Of a DNA stretch of 64,000 nucleotides, positions 37,296 through 47,160 are shown piece after piece (position 1 is the first letter of the stretch; every line of letters starts with the position of its first letter). The position numbers and the translations under genes are program-made. Source of the stretch: Gemmatimonadota bacterium (GTDB lineage: Bacteria > Gemmatimonadota > Gemmatimonadetes > Longimicrobiales > Gaopeijiaceae); assembly GCA_034521595.1 (NCBI GenBank), contig JAXHMG010000002.1:64001-128000 (forward strand), in the 5' to 3' direction. The notes under the pieces were generated by a model. The model did not search any database, was not told the origin of the DNA, and saw nothing but the letters and a program-made list of their open reading frames with translations.

Positions 37296-39905
37296 CTACC
37301 GGCCGGGTCCCAGCAACACCGCGTTCATGAACAGGAGCATCGTCGCCTCGGCGTACGCGCGGTAGTTCGGGTCCTCGGCGAACGCCACCACCTGTCCGCT
37401 CCCCGACGGCTCGTGCAGCAGAAAGCCCTTGTTCGCAAGCTGCGGACGACCTTCCTCCCAGACGATCCCGCTGAGCACCAGGTCGTCCAGGCTCCCGTAG
37501 CGCCCCACGTTCGTCCCGTCGTCCAGGGTCAGGGGCGTGAAGACGCGCGAGCCCTCGACCAGCGCTCCGATCTCGCCGTCCGTTCCGGCGGCGAGCCAGT
37601 GCTCGGTATCGAGGACGACGCTCAGGATCGCGCCCGGCACCGAAGCCGGCGCTTCGTCTTCCGGCACGATCGCCTCGAGATAGTCGATGGGCTGCTCCGG
37701 AGTGCCTTCGGCCGGCGGCTCCTCGTCCGGCGCCCGTCCCCCGCGTCGCTCGGCGTGGGTGGAGAGCAAGCCGGCGCGCGTGGCCCATGCCGTGGAGCCG
37801 GCCATGGTGATCAGCGTGCCACCCTCGGAGACCCAGTCCCGGAGGTCGTCCACGAGGCCGTCGGACACCGCGCCGGAATAGTTGCCGCTCGGGAAGACGA
37901 TGACGTCGTACTCGGGGAGCGGCGCCTGAGCGAGCGCGGAGGTCCGCACGGCCGTCGTCCGCTGGCCGTAGCGCCGTTCGAGAACGTAGCGCGCCCACCC
38001 CACCGAGTAGGTCGAGCCGGGCCGGTCGTAGACCAGCAGCACCTTCGGCTCACGGAGCGCGCGAGCACTCGCGCTGCCCAGAGAGACGCCCTCGGTCACG
38101 TACGAGTCGTCGATGGGGACGACCTCGGCGCCGTGGCGTCCCGCGATGCGGCCCAGGCGCTCCGGCAGGTCGTCGTCGTTCTCGGCGACCCGCACGATCG
38201 CCGTGCCGACCCCGTACGACCGCCCGTCCAGCTCGAACGCGCCGCCCGCCGCGCGGATCCGGATCCCCTCGCGCAACGCCTCCGTCACGGCGGCCGCGGT
38301 CGTCGTGCTCCACGGCATCAGGTAGCCGACGGTCGCCTCCGGGAGCGGAGTCGCTCTCTCGGGCCGCTCCGCCTCGAGCGCCGGGCCGGCGACGCCCGTA
38401 GCGTCCACCGATTCGAGCACTTCGACATCCCACAAGAGTGACTGGCTCCAGGCGGTGAGGTCGTAGATCTCGTCGCTCTCCCGGCGGGCGCGTCGCTCGA
38501 TCTGCCGCTCGACGAACTCCGGGTCCATCGGCACGTGACGGTCGAGCAGATTGCGCGCGAGCCGGCTCGCGGGCTGGGCCAGGGGAAGGATGTAGGTGCC
38601 ACGTGCGGGAAGCGTGCGGTCACCCACAGAAACGGAGCCGGTGGCCTCCCGGACCTCGATCCCGTTGCGCACCATGAGCCGGGCCAGCCGCTCCGCCGCA
38701 CCCGGGTCGTGCGCGGAATGGAGCACCAACTCGGCCGTGCCTTCGCGTCCCATCTCGATCCCGTCCCGCCGGTAGGCGAGATAGTCGCGCAGGATGCGCT
38801 CGCGGTTGCGCGCCGCGGTCTCGGCCGTCGTGAGCGCGGCCGTGAAGTGGTGAAGGACGCCGTCCCCGTACGTCAGCAGATCCCCGTCGTCGCGCTCGAG
38901 GACGAGCGCACGGGCCGAGGCCTGCTCGTAGGTCATGCCCAGCGCGCCGTGCCCCGTCGGCCAACCGTCCACGTACCCCGGGTAGAAGAGGTCGTAGACG
39001 TTGCGGTTGAAGTAGGAGAATCCTCTTTCGTCGAACGCCGCGGCGTTGGCCCGGCCGAACACGTCCATGAGCGCCAGCTGCCGCTCCCCGTACCAGGGGT
39101 TCGTGGGCTCGGCCGTGGGCGGGAAAAAGTACGTCGAGTTCCCGCTCATCTCGTGCAGGTCGACGACGATGTGCGGCCAGAAGTCGAGGAAGAGCTCCGT
39201 GCGCCCCCGGGTCTCGGGCTGGCTCTGGATGAACATGTCCCGGTTCAGGTCGAACAAGTAGTGGTTCACCCGTCCCCCGGGCCACGGCTCGTCGTGCTCG
39301 GCCGAATAGCTCTCCGGGCTGGGCCACCGCGCACGCGCTTGGAGGTCCTCGTGCACGAAGCGCGCACGCCCGTCGGGGTTCTCGGAGGGGTCGACGAGGA
39401 CGAGCGACTCCTCGAGCACGAGGTCCACGACGGGATCGTCCTCGGCCGCCAGGAGGTGATAAGCCTCCGCCATGGCCGCGCCGGTCGAGCTGATCTCGTT
39501 CCCGTGGATCCCGTGCATCAGCGCGGTGACGACCGGCGTGCGAGCGATGAGCGCCTCCGCGTCGCTCTCGCTCAAGCCCTCGGGATGGGCCAGCCGCTCC
39601 AGGTCGGCCCGAACCTCGTCGAGACGCGCGATCCGCTCCGCGGCTCCGATGACGAGCACGAGGAGCGGACGTCCTTCCCAGCTCTCGGCGTACTGGAGCA
39701 GACGCGTGCGGTCCGGCGCGGCCTCCGCGAGCGCTTCCATGTACCGAACGACGTCGTTCGGAGTCGTGATCTCCTCGTGGACCTCGTGACCCACCACCTC
39801 TTCGAGGGTCGGAATCGACGCGTCGTATGTGGTCCCCGGCGCCAACGCCTGGGGCGGAGCCGGGACCTGCAGCAGCGCGAAGAGGGCGAGCGTTCCGATC
39901 GTCAT
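37296..39905 (-). CDS. M14 family zinc carboxypeptidase
   Basis: GIHGNE, NPDGR, FDLNRD, VDLHEM, TYEQ. Confidence 0.88.
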   Translation of the reverse strand: MTIGTLALFALLQVPAPPQALAPGTTYDASIPTLEEVVGHEVHEEITTPNDVVRYMEALAEAAPDRTRLLQYAESWEGRPLLVLVIGAAERIARLDEVRADLERLAHPEGLSESDAEALIARTPVVTALMHGIHGNEISSTGAAMAEAYHLLAAEDDPVVDLVLEESLVLVDPSENPDGRARFVHEDLQARARWPSPESYSAEHDEPWPGGRVNHYLFDLNRDMFIQSQPETRGRTELFLDFWPHIVVDLHEMSGNSTYFFPPTAEPTNPWYGERQLALMDVFGRANAAAFDERGFSYFNRNVYDLFYPGYVDGWPTGHGALGMTYEQASARALVLERDDGDLLTYGDGVLHHFTAALTTAETAARNRERILRDYLAYRRDGIEMGREGTAELVLHSAHDPGAAERLARLMVRNGIEVREATGSVSVGDRTLPARGTYILPLAQPASRLARNLLDRHVPMDPEFVERQIERRARRESDEIYDLTAWSQSLLWDVEVLESVDATGVAGPALEAERPERATPLPEATVGYLMPWSTTTAAAVTEALREGIRIRAAGGAFELDGRSYGVGTAIVRVAENDDDLPERLGRIAGRHGAEVVPIDDSYVTEGVSLGSASARALREPKVLLVYDRPGSTYSVGWARYVLERRYGQRTTAVRTSALAQAPLPEYDVIVFPSGNYSGAVSDGLVDDLRDWVSEGGTLITMAGSTAWATRAGLLSTHAERRGGRAPDEEPPAEGTPEQPIDYLEAIVPEDEAPASVPGAILSVVLDTEHWLAAGTDGEIGALVEGSRVFTPLTLDDGTNVGRYGSLDDLVLSGIVWEEGRPQLANKGFLLHEPSGSGQVVAFAEDPNYRAYAEATMLLFMNAVLLGPGR

Positions 39906-39978
39906 GTCGTCCACCTCGATGTCGGAGGTGCCGGGCCGGAGCGGCGCGCCCGGCGCCCGCACCCGGACGGCGTCGGTG

Positions 39979-40170
39979 TCACACGGCGCAGGTCATGTCC
40001 TGCGCACAGCACATGGGCGATTTGATCATCCCGTGGCCCTCGGGGCACTTGGAAACCGCGATGCTGCTGCCGTCATCCTTGGTCAACGTGTCGTGAACCA
40101 ACTCGCTGTCGCACTTGGCGCAGGTCATGTTCACGCTCATTCCGCACTGGTCGCATGTGTAGGTCGCCAT
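39979..40170 (-). CDS. Small Cys-rich putative metal-binding protein (63 aa)
   Basis: CxxC, CxxC, CxxxH, CC, C; AGGAG RBS. Confidence 0.75.
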   Translation of the reverse strand: MATYTCDQCGMSVNMTCAKCDSELVHDTLTKDDGSSIAVSKCPEGHGMIKSPMCCAQDMTCAV

Positions 40171-40243
40171 GGTGTGCTCCTGGTCCGGGTGGTATGAGGG
40201 TCTCGCTCACTCAGCCTGATATGAACGCGTCGGCAGCCTGCGT

Positions 40244-41866
40244 TCAAGGGCGTCCGTCCGGGGAACCGCTCGCACGGCCGAGCGCTGCGGCCGCGCGCAA
40301 CACCCCTCCGTCGTCCCACGGCCGGCCCGCGAGCTGCGTGCCGAGCGGAAGCCCGTTGGCGCCGGAACCGAACGGGACGCTGACCGTCGGCCATCCGAGC
40401 GCGTTGAAGGGATTCGTGAAGCGCGTCGAGGCCGCCACGCCCAGCTCCGGCGCGACGTCGGGCTGACAGGGCGTGCTCAGCACGTCGACCCGCTCCCACA
40501 ACCGCCGCCATCGTTCCCGGATCGCACGGCGCACCGTCTGGGCGCGCAGCATGTCGTCGAATCCGTACGCGAAGGCTCCCACGAGCCGGCCCCGGCAGAA
40601 GCGGCCGTACTTCCCGTAGTGGCGACGCAGCCCTTCCGCGTGATACGCGGCGGCCTCGACCGCGAGCATCTGGGCCGAGACCCGCCAGAGCAGGTGCATG
40701 TCCGAAAGATCGACCTCGACCAGTCGCGCGCCCATGTCTTCGAGCGCCCGGTTGGAGGCCCGCCAAGCGGAGACCGCATCCGCCGATCCCAGGTCCTGCC
40801 CCGAACCGTCCGTCCCCATGACTCCCACGCGGAGCCCGGCGAGATCCGGCGCCCCGGTGCCGACGCCGACGCCCTCGGCCCGAAAGTCGCTGCCCGACCG
40901 GGTCCTGGCGTCCCGGCCGTCGGGACCGGCGAGCGCTTCGAGCACCAGCGCCGCGTCTTCGGCCGAGCGGGCAAGCGGTCCCAGATGGTCGAGCGACCAG
41001 GCGAGGGGAACGCAGCCGAACAGGCTCACGCGGCCGAAGGTCGGCTTGTGTCCCACCACCCCGCAGAGCGCCGCGGGTATGCGCACGGAGCCACCGGTGT
41101 CCGTTCCGAGAGCAGCGTATACGCATTCGGTGGCAACGGCCGCGGCCGATCCGCTGCTCGAGCCGCCGGCGTCGCGCTCCGGGTCACGTGGGTTACGGGT
41201 CGGGCCGAAGTGCGGGTTGGTCGATCCCGGCCAGTACGCGAACTCGGAGAGCCGGGTCTTTCCCACGATCACCGCCCCGGCGGCCGCGAAGCGCTCCACC
41301 GCGGCCGCGTCGACCGTGCTCGCGTGGCCCGTCCGCACCTCCGAGCCCGCCGTCGTCGGTGTGCCCCGCATCTCCAGGAGGTCCTTGATCGCGACCGGGA
41401 CGCCGTGGAGCGGACCCCGGTAGTCCCCGCGACCGATCTCTTCCTCGGCCCGTCGGGCCGCCTCCATGGCGGAATCGGTCAACAGGGTCTGAAACAGATT
41501 CAGTTCCCGGTCCCGCGCATCGATCCGGTCGAGCGCCCGCTTGGTGAGCTCCACCGGGGATACCACCCTCCGGCGAACGAGCTCGGCCACGCCCGTGAGC
41601 GTGCTCGGAATCCCGTCGCTCTCGCCCCGCGATTCCTGGGACGATCCCGCGAGGCCGGAGCCCGACGCAGCCCGGTCATCCGGCTCCCACGATCCCAGGA
41701 AATCCGGCTCCCCGGCGGCTTCGGCATGTCGGAGCGTCTCCACGGTCTCGACGACGCGCTCGAGGTAGCCGTCCGCCTCGATCCGCTCCAGATCCTCTTC
41801 CGTCACGGGGATCTGCGCGGCGGCGAGATTCGCCCGCAGGCGGTCCATCGCCGAGCCCTTCCGCAT
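40244..41866 (-). CDS. Amidase signature family protein
   Basis: GPLHGVPVAIKD, GGSSSGS, GTDTGGSVRIPA; start uncertain (41866 or 41848). Confidence 0.92.
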   Translation of the reverse strand: MRKGSAMDRLRANLAAAQIPVTEEDLERIEADGYLERVVETVETLRHAEAAGEPDFLGSWEPDDRAASGSGLAGSSQESRGESDGIPSTLTGVAELVRRRVVSPVELTKRALDRIDARDRELNLFQTLLTDSAMEAARRAEEEIGRGDYRGPLHGVPVAIKDLLEMRGTPTTAGSEVRTGHASTVDAAAVERFAAAGAVIVGKTRLSEFAYWPGSTNPHFGPTRNPRDPERDAGGSSSGSAAAVATECVYAALGTDTGGSVRIPAALCGVVGHKPTFGRVSLFGCVPLAWSLDHLGPLARSAEDAALVLEALAGPDGRDARTRSGSDFRAEGVGVGTGAPDLAGLRVGVMGTDGSGQDLGSADAVSAWRASNRALEDMGARLVEVDLSDMHLLWRVSAQMLAVEAAAYHAEGLRRHYGKYGRFCRGRLVGAFAYGFDDMLRAQTVRRAIRERWRRLWERVDVLSTPCQPDVAPELGVAASTRFTNPFNALGWPTVSVPFGSGANGLPLGTQLAGRPWDDGGVLRAAAALGRASGSPDGRP

Positions 41867-41951
41867 GGATCCCTCCCCGGTCACGAGTCCCACCCCCGAT
41901 CCTCCGCCAGCGTCCACGAGGCGGGGAGCACGACCTCACTCCGGCCCAGCA

Positions 41952-42815
41952 TCACTGCACTCCCAGCCCGAGCGTCTGGAGGCCTCCCTCGGCGAGCCAC
42001 TCGTCGTAGCGCATGCGAAGGGTCTCCACCGGGTTCGGGCTCTCGTCCATGGCCGTGTTCTCGTCGTCCACGTCGATGAAGAGCGTGTAGTCGCCATCCG
42101 AGTGGCCCTCCCCGATCGGGTCCTCCGGCCGCGCCGCGGCGATGTAGGCGACGTGCGCCGTGCGGTGGTCGCAGTCGATCTCGGTCTCGGGCACGGGATC
42201 CGCGCGGCACGAGCAGCGGCTGTCTCCACCCATGTAGTCGGCCGCTTCCATCGCGGCCATGACACGGTCGACCACGGTGCCCTCGTCCGCGAGGAATGCG
42301 TCCACGGCCGCCGTCACGACCCGATCGGACTCGAGAATGTTGCCCTGCACCGCGAAGTAGATGCCCTCGTCCTTGACCTCACTCTGGACCGCGAGCGCGG
42401 CGTAGCTGTTGCCCGTTCCCGAAAATCCGGCCATCCGGCCCTGGAGGTCGACGATGCCGAACTGCCGGCGCTGATAGTCCTCGTCCGCCGAGAGCATCTG
42501 CAAGATGACGTCGGGGTCGGTGCCCTCCCGCATCTCCTCGAAGATGAGCATCTGGTTTTCCCGCGTCCGGTCGACGCCCGCCTGCGCGGCGGCCACGCCC
42601 ACGCCGGGCACCACGACGGCCTGGATGCTCTTGAGCCCTCCGCGCGTCCGGAGGCCTTCGGCGGAGACGCACGTCGCCGAAGCGATGACCACGACGCCGG
42701 TCTCCGAGTCGACGGCGATGATGGACCAGGTGGCTTCGGCCCGGGTCGGGAAAACGGTCAGCGCAAGCACGGCGAGGGCGCCGAGCAAAGAGGTCCTGAA
42801 GAACGAGCGGCTCAT
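41952..42815 (-). CDS. DUF1028 (Ntn-hydrolase-like) exported protein
   Basis: Signal peptide followed by TWSIIAVD; RQFGIVD, QGNIL, GGDSRC. Confidence 0.85.
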   Translation of the reverse strand: MSRSFFRTSLLGALAVLALTVFPTRAEATWSIIAVDSETGVVVIASATCVSAEGLRTRGGLKSIQAVVVPGVGVAAAQAGVDRTRENQMLIFEEMREGTDPDVILQMLSADEDYQRRQFGIVDLQGRMAGFSGTGNSYAALAVQSEVKDEGIYFAVQGNILESDRVVTAAVDAFLADEGTVVDRVMAAMEAADYMGGDSRCSCRADPVPETEIDCDHRTAHVAYIAAARPEDPIGEGHSDGDYTLFIDVDDENTAMDESPNPVETLRMRYDEWLAEGGLQTLGLGVQ

Positions 42816-43014
42816 GCGTCTCTCCTTGGGAGGGGCCGCGTGGGCGGATGCCCGCGGCTACGGATGATTCAGGCTTTCCAATCGCGCGAAGCGAACTCCG
42901 GTCCCATTATATGGGTCGGACGACGACTTCGCCCCCCATGGATCCGTGCAAAGGGGCGCTCCGTGTCAGCCACCGCAATCACCGAGCCCACTCCCCAACT
43001 TCGACCACACGCCC

Positions 43015-44052
43015 ATGACTTCACGCCGACCCCTCGAGCTCGGCATCGTCGACCAGTCCCCCGTACCCAACGGCCGGACGGCCTCCGAAGCCGTGCAAGC
43101 CACCCTCGAGTTGGCGCGGCTCTCCGAGCGGCTGGGCTACTCCCGGTACTGGCTCGCCGAGCACCACAGCACGAACTCCTTCGCCGGCTCCGCGCCCGAG
43201 GTGCTGATTCCCCGGGTCGCGTCGGTCACGGAGCGTATCCGGGTCGGCTCCGGAGGGGTGATGCTCCCGCACTACTCGCCCTACAAGGTCGCCGAGCAGT
43301 TCAGGATGCTGCAGACCCTCTTCCCCGGCCGCATCGACCTCGGTGTCGGCCGCGCGCCGGCCGGCACCGGAGAGGCGGCCGCGGCGCTCCGCTACGGGCG
43401 AGAGCCGATTCCAGTGGAGCGCTTCCCGGCACAGATCGAGGACCTCATGGGGTGGATCGGCGAGTCGCTCGCCGATGACCACCCGCTAGCCCGCGTCCGT
43501 GCCACTCCGCGCGGCACGGACCTGCCCGAGATGTGGATGCTCGGCTCCGGGGGATCGACGGCGGAGGTCGCAGCCCGGCTCGGGGTCGGCTACTCGTTCG
43601 CGCAGTTCATCAGCGGAGTCGACGGCAGCGCATCCGTGCGCGGCTACCGGGAGCGGTTCCAGCCCTCCGGCGCGGCCGCCGAGCCGCGAGCGAACGTGGG
43701 TGTCGGGGTGCTCTGCGCCGAGAGTCGGCAGGAGGCCGAGCGGCTCGCTCTGAGCCTCCATCTCTGGAGGATGCGGATCATGCGTCGGGTGGACCGGGGC
43801 ATCCCCTCGCCGGAACAGGCGGAGGAGGAGTTCCAAGCGTGGGGAGTCTCGCCCGAGCAACTCCTCCGCGAGGACACCCGCGTGATCGTGGGAGACCCGG
43901 AACAGGTCCGGGACGGCCTCGTCGAGCTGGCCGCCCGGTACGGGGTGGACGAAATCATGACCGTGACGGTCACCCACGACTTCGAGGCGCGGCGGCGCTC
44001 GTACGAGCTACTCGCGGAGGTGATGGGGTTGAAAGAAGCACAGGCGGCATAA
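43015..44052 (+). CDS. LLM-class (luciferase-like) flavin-dependent oxidoreductase
   Basis: RYWLAEHH, RIRVGSGGVMLPHYSPYKVAEQF, GRIDLGVGRAP. Confidence 0.93.
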   Translation: MTSRRPLELGIVDQSPVPNGRTASEAVQATLELARLSERLGYSRYWLAEHHSTNSFAGSAPEVLIPRVASVTERIRVGSGGVMLPHYSPYKVAEQFRMLQTLFPGRIDLGVGRAPAGTGEAAAALRYGREPIPVERFPAQIEDLMGWIGESLADDHPLARVRATPRGTDLPEMWMLGSGGSTAEVAARLGVGYSFAQFISGVDGSASVRGYRERFQPSGAAAEPRANVGVGVLCAESRQEAERLALSLHLWRMRIMRRVDRGIPSPEQAEEEFQAWGVSPEQLLREDTRVIVGDPEQVRDGLVELAARYGVDEIMTVTVTHDFEARRRSYELLAEVMGLKEAQAA

Positions 44053-44057
44053 CGAGC

Positions 44058-44088
44058 CCTGGGCGCCTCTCGTCGAGAGACGCCCAGG
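44058..44088. terminator. Hairpin between convergent genes
   Basis: CCTGGGCGCCTCTC-GTC-GAGAGACGCCCAGG. Confidence 0.5.
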
Positions 44089-44115
44089 CACCCGTGGCCT
44101 CCGTGTGCAACCCAC

Positions 44116-44385
44116 TCAGCTCTTGTCTTCTTCTTCGGATCCTTCCGCGTTCTTGCCCTTCCGCAGCGCGAGTGGAACCGCCACGGCGGTCGCGGCCACG
44201 GCGGCCGTCACGGCCGCACTCTTCCTGGTCACGAGCGACCGCGCGCCGCGCAGAGCCAGGAGGTTCCGCGTGCCCGTGAACGGGTGGCGTAGCAGGTACT
44301 TGAGAGTCTTGATGCGGGCGAATCGCTTTACGGCGTTCTGGTTCTTTCCAGCATCCTGCTTCTTGTCAGCGTTCTGCTTCTCCAC
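44116..44385 (-). CDS. Small basic hypothetical protein with C-terminal hydrophobic helix
   Basis: GAAGGA RBS before GTG; Lys-rich, protein-like composition. Confidence 0.55.
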   Translation of the reverse strand: MEKQNADKKQDAGKNQNAVKRFARIKTLKYLLRHPFTGTRNLLALRGARSLVTRKSAAVTAAVAATAVAVPLALRKGKNAEGSEEEDKS

Positions 44386-44776
44386 GGTCGATCCTTCGTC
44401 GAAGGTGAGCAGCACGGGAAGCTCGATGGCGAGGGCCGTAGAACGGCTGCTCGGCCACGATCCCGCAAGGGCATAAGCATGCCCTATGCCCGCACTTACA
44501 CTTATGTGCAGTCCTGGTTCCACACACGGCTCCCTTTCCGCGGCGGTGCTCACTCGATAGTATGGATCTCAGAGGGGTCGGACGCGCCCACGGCGTGACC
44601 CGACCCACCTCGGGTGGCGGCTGCCTGGGGCCCGGATTCCCGGGTTCCCATCCCACGCCCGAGGGCCGGCATCGCACGAACGGGGCTCTTCGACGAGGAG
44701 CCCGTGAAGGATCTGCCTCGAGCGACCCTTCCGGAGACCCGGAAGGGACGGGGCTTCTCCATGCCGGAGGCGTGCG

Positions 44777-45274
44777 ATGGAATCGGAAGGGACCGTCCGA
44801 CTGGCCCGGGCTTTCTGCTCGGCTCGCGACCGGAACGTGCCCGTTCTTCGCCGGGAGCATGTCGCTCGCGCGGAGGACGCAGAGGAGCAGGAAGCGTCGG
44901 GCTCGGCCGCGTCACAGTCCGAGCCTGGCGGGACCGAAGACCGCCACGTCCCCGACGCCGCCACCTCGGACGAGGTGCCCGAGTTCGTGGCCTGCCTCGA
45001 CTACGGCGTGCGCTGCACGGGCTGGCTCTGCCCGCTCTTCACCCTTCCCACGCTCCCCCCCGAGGACCTCCTCGCCGAGGCGGTGGAGGCCGAGCGCACC
45101 CGGAAGGAGCAGTCGGTGGCCGACGGACGGGCCATTCTCGAACGCGCGGTCCGGGAAGGCGTGAGCCACCGGGAGCGCGCCGCCCGCCAAACCACCGGAC
45201 GAGCCCGATCGCCTGACCAGGGGGCCGACGTCCCGGAATCCGATTCCCCGTCCGATCCCCCACCGGCTCCCTGA
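44777..45274 (+). CDS. Hypothetical protein
   Basis: GGAGG RBS; ORF upstream of the oxidoreductase operon; no recognisable motif. Confidence 0.4.
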   Translation: MESEGTVRLARAFCSARDRNVPVLRREHVARAEDAEEQEASGSAASQSEPGGTEDRHVPDAATSDEVPEFVACLDYGVRCTGWLCPLFTLPTLPPEDLLAEAVEAERTRKEQSVADGRAILERAVREGVSHRERAARQTTGRARSPDQGADVPESDSPSDPPPAP

Positions 45275-45339
45275 CCAGCCCCGACCCCTTCGACGCCCCG
45301 ATCCGGACGACCCCACGGCCTGAGCCCCGGAGCTTCGCC

Positions 45340-47160
45340 ATGCGCCCCACCGACGTCTCCGACCCGCACTACTACCACCGCGTGGTCGACTGCCAATGGG
45401 CCTGTCCGGCCCACACGAACGTGCCGGAGTACATCCGCCTGATCGCGCAGGGACGCTACACCGACGCCTACATGCTCAATCGGGAGTCGAACGTCTTCCC
45501 GGGGATCCTCGGCCGCACGTGCGACCGGCCGTGCGAGCCGGCGTGCCGGCGTACTCGCCTGGACGAAGAGCCGGTCGCCATCTGTCGGTTGAAGCGAGTC
45601 GCCGCCGACCTCCGCGAGGACATCTCGGAGCGCCTTCCCCGCGTCCCCGAAGAGAAGAACGGCCGGCACGTGTTGCTCATCGGCGCGGGCCCGGCCTCCC
45701 TCACCGTCGCGAACGACCTGATGCCGCTCGGCTACGAGGTCACGATCTACGAGAAGCTCGGGCGCGCGGGCGGGCTCATGTGGAACAACATCCCGCAGTT
45801 CCGTCTGCCGCCGCGCGTCCTCGACGAGGAGATCGACATGATCCTCGACATGGGCGTGGACCTGCGGTGCGACCACTCGGTGGAGAGCATGGCCGCCGTG
45901 CTCGAGGAAGGGTGGGACGCGGTCTTCATCGGGACGGGCGCCCCCCGGGGCAAGGAGCTGGAGCTTCCGGGTCGCTGGGAGGCGCCGGACCAGGTCCACA
46001 TCGGCATCGACTGGCTCCAGTCGATCGCGTTCGGCCACATCGACACCATCGGGAAGCGCGTGCTCGTGATCGGCGCGGGGAACACGGCCATGGACTGCTG
46101 CCGGAGCGCGAAGCGAATGGGCGGCGAGGACGTGAAGGTGATGGCGCGCAAGCCCCGGCCGCTGTTCAAGGCGAGCCCGTGGGAGCTCGAGGACGCCGAG
46201 GGCGAGGAGATCGAGATCCTCGAGAACCACTCGCCTAGCCGCTTCGTGCTCGAGGACGGCAAGCTCGTCGGCATGGAGTTCGAGGTCGTCCGTTGGCACG
46301 AGCCCGAGGGCGGCGGACGGCTACGGAAGGAAGTGCTCGACACCATCACGCTCCCGTGTGACGAGGTGATCCTCGCGATCGGCCAGGAGGCGGCCTTCCC
46401 GTGGATCGAGCGCGACATCGGGATCGCGTTCAACGACTGGGACATGCCCGTGGTCGACCAGGAAACGTTCCAGACCACGCTGCCCGGCGTGTTCTGCGGC
46501 GGCGACGCGGCGTGGGGACCGGAGAACATCATCTGGGCGGTGGAGCACGGGCATCAGGCCGCGATCTCCATCCACCAGCACTGCCGACAGCTTCCGGTCG
46601 AGGAGCGTCCGCCGTACGGCCAGAACCTGGTGAGCGTGAAGATGGGCCTCCACGAGTGGAGCTACTCGAACGACTACGACGAAGCGCACCGCCAGGAGAT
46701 GAGCTACGCCGACCTGAAGGAGCGGTTGGCCTCGATGGAGGTGGAAGCCGAGCTCGGGTTCGACCTCGAGCGCACGTGCCAGGAGGCGGAGCGCTGCCTG
46801 AACTGCGACGTGCAGACGCACTTCACGGAGGACCTCTGCATCGAGTGTGACGCCTGCATCGACGTGTGTCCGCTCGACTGCCTGACGATCACGACCAACG
46901 GCGACGAGCCGGAGATCCGGGCCCACCTCACCGCACCGGCGGAGAACCCCGATCAGCCGCTCTTCGCATCGGGTCCCCTTCCCCAAACCGAGAGGATCAT
47001 GTTCAAGGACGAGAACCTCTGCATCCACTGCGGGCTGTGCGCCGAGCGGTGCCCGACCGCGGCCTGGGACATGCGGAAATCCGAGCTGCTCAAGCCTTAC
47101 GCCGGCCTCGCGGCAGGGGAACGACATCCCACCCGCGTGCCCGTGGAGGTCGGACCATGA
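45340..47160 (+). CDS. GltD-like FAD/NAD(P)-dependent oxidoreductase with C-terminal 2x[4Fe-4S] domain
   Basis: CQWACP, GRTCDRPCEPAC, IGAGPA, IGAGNTAMD, CIECDACIDVCP, CIHCGLCAERCP. Confidence 0.92.
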   Translation: MRPTDVSDPHYYHRVVDCQWACPAHTNVPEYIRLIAQGRYTDAYMLNRESNVFPGILGRTCDRPCEPACRRTRLDEEPVAICRLKRVAADLREDISERLPRVPEEKNGRHVLLIGAGPASLTVANDLMPLGYEVTIYEKLGRAGGLMWNNIPQFRLPPRVLDEEIDMILDMGVDLRCDHSVESMAAVLEEGWDAVFIGTGAPRGKELELPGRWEAPDQVHIGIDWLQSIAFGHIDTIGKRVLVIGAGNTAMDCCRSAKRMGGEDVKVMARKPRPLFKASPWELEDAEGEEIEILENHSPSRFVLEDGKLVGMEFEVVRWHEPEGGGRLRKEVLDTITLPCDEVILAIGQEAAFPWIERDIGIAFNDWDMPVVDQETFQTTLPGVFCGGDAAWGPENIIWAVEHGHQAAISIHQHCRQLPVEERPPYGQNLVSVKMGLHEWSYSNDYDEAHRQEMSYADLKERLASMEVEAELGFDLERTCQEAERCLNCDVQTHFTEDLCIECDACIDVCPLDCLTITTNGDEPEIRAHLTAPAENPDQPLFASGPLPQTERIMFKDENLCIHCGLCAERCPTAAWDMRKSELLKPYAGLAAGERHPTRVPVEVGP

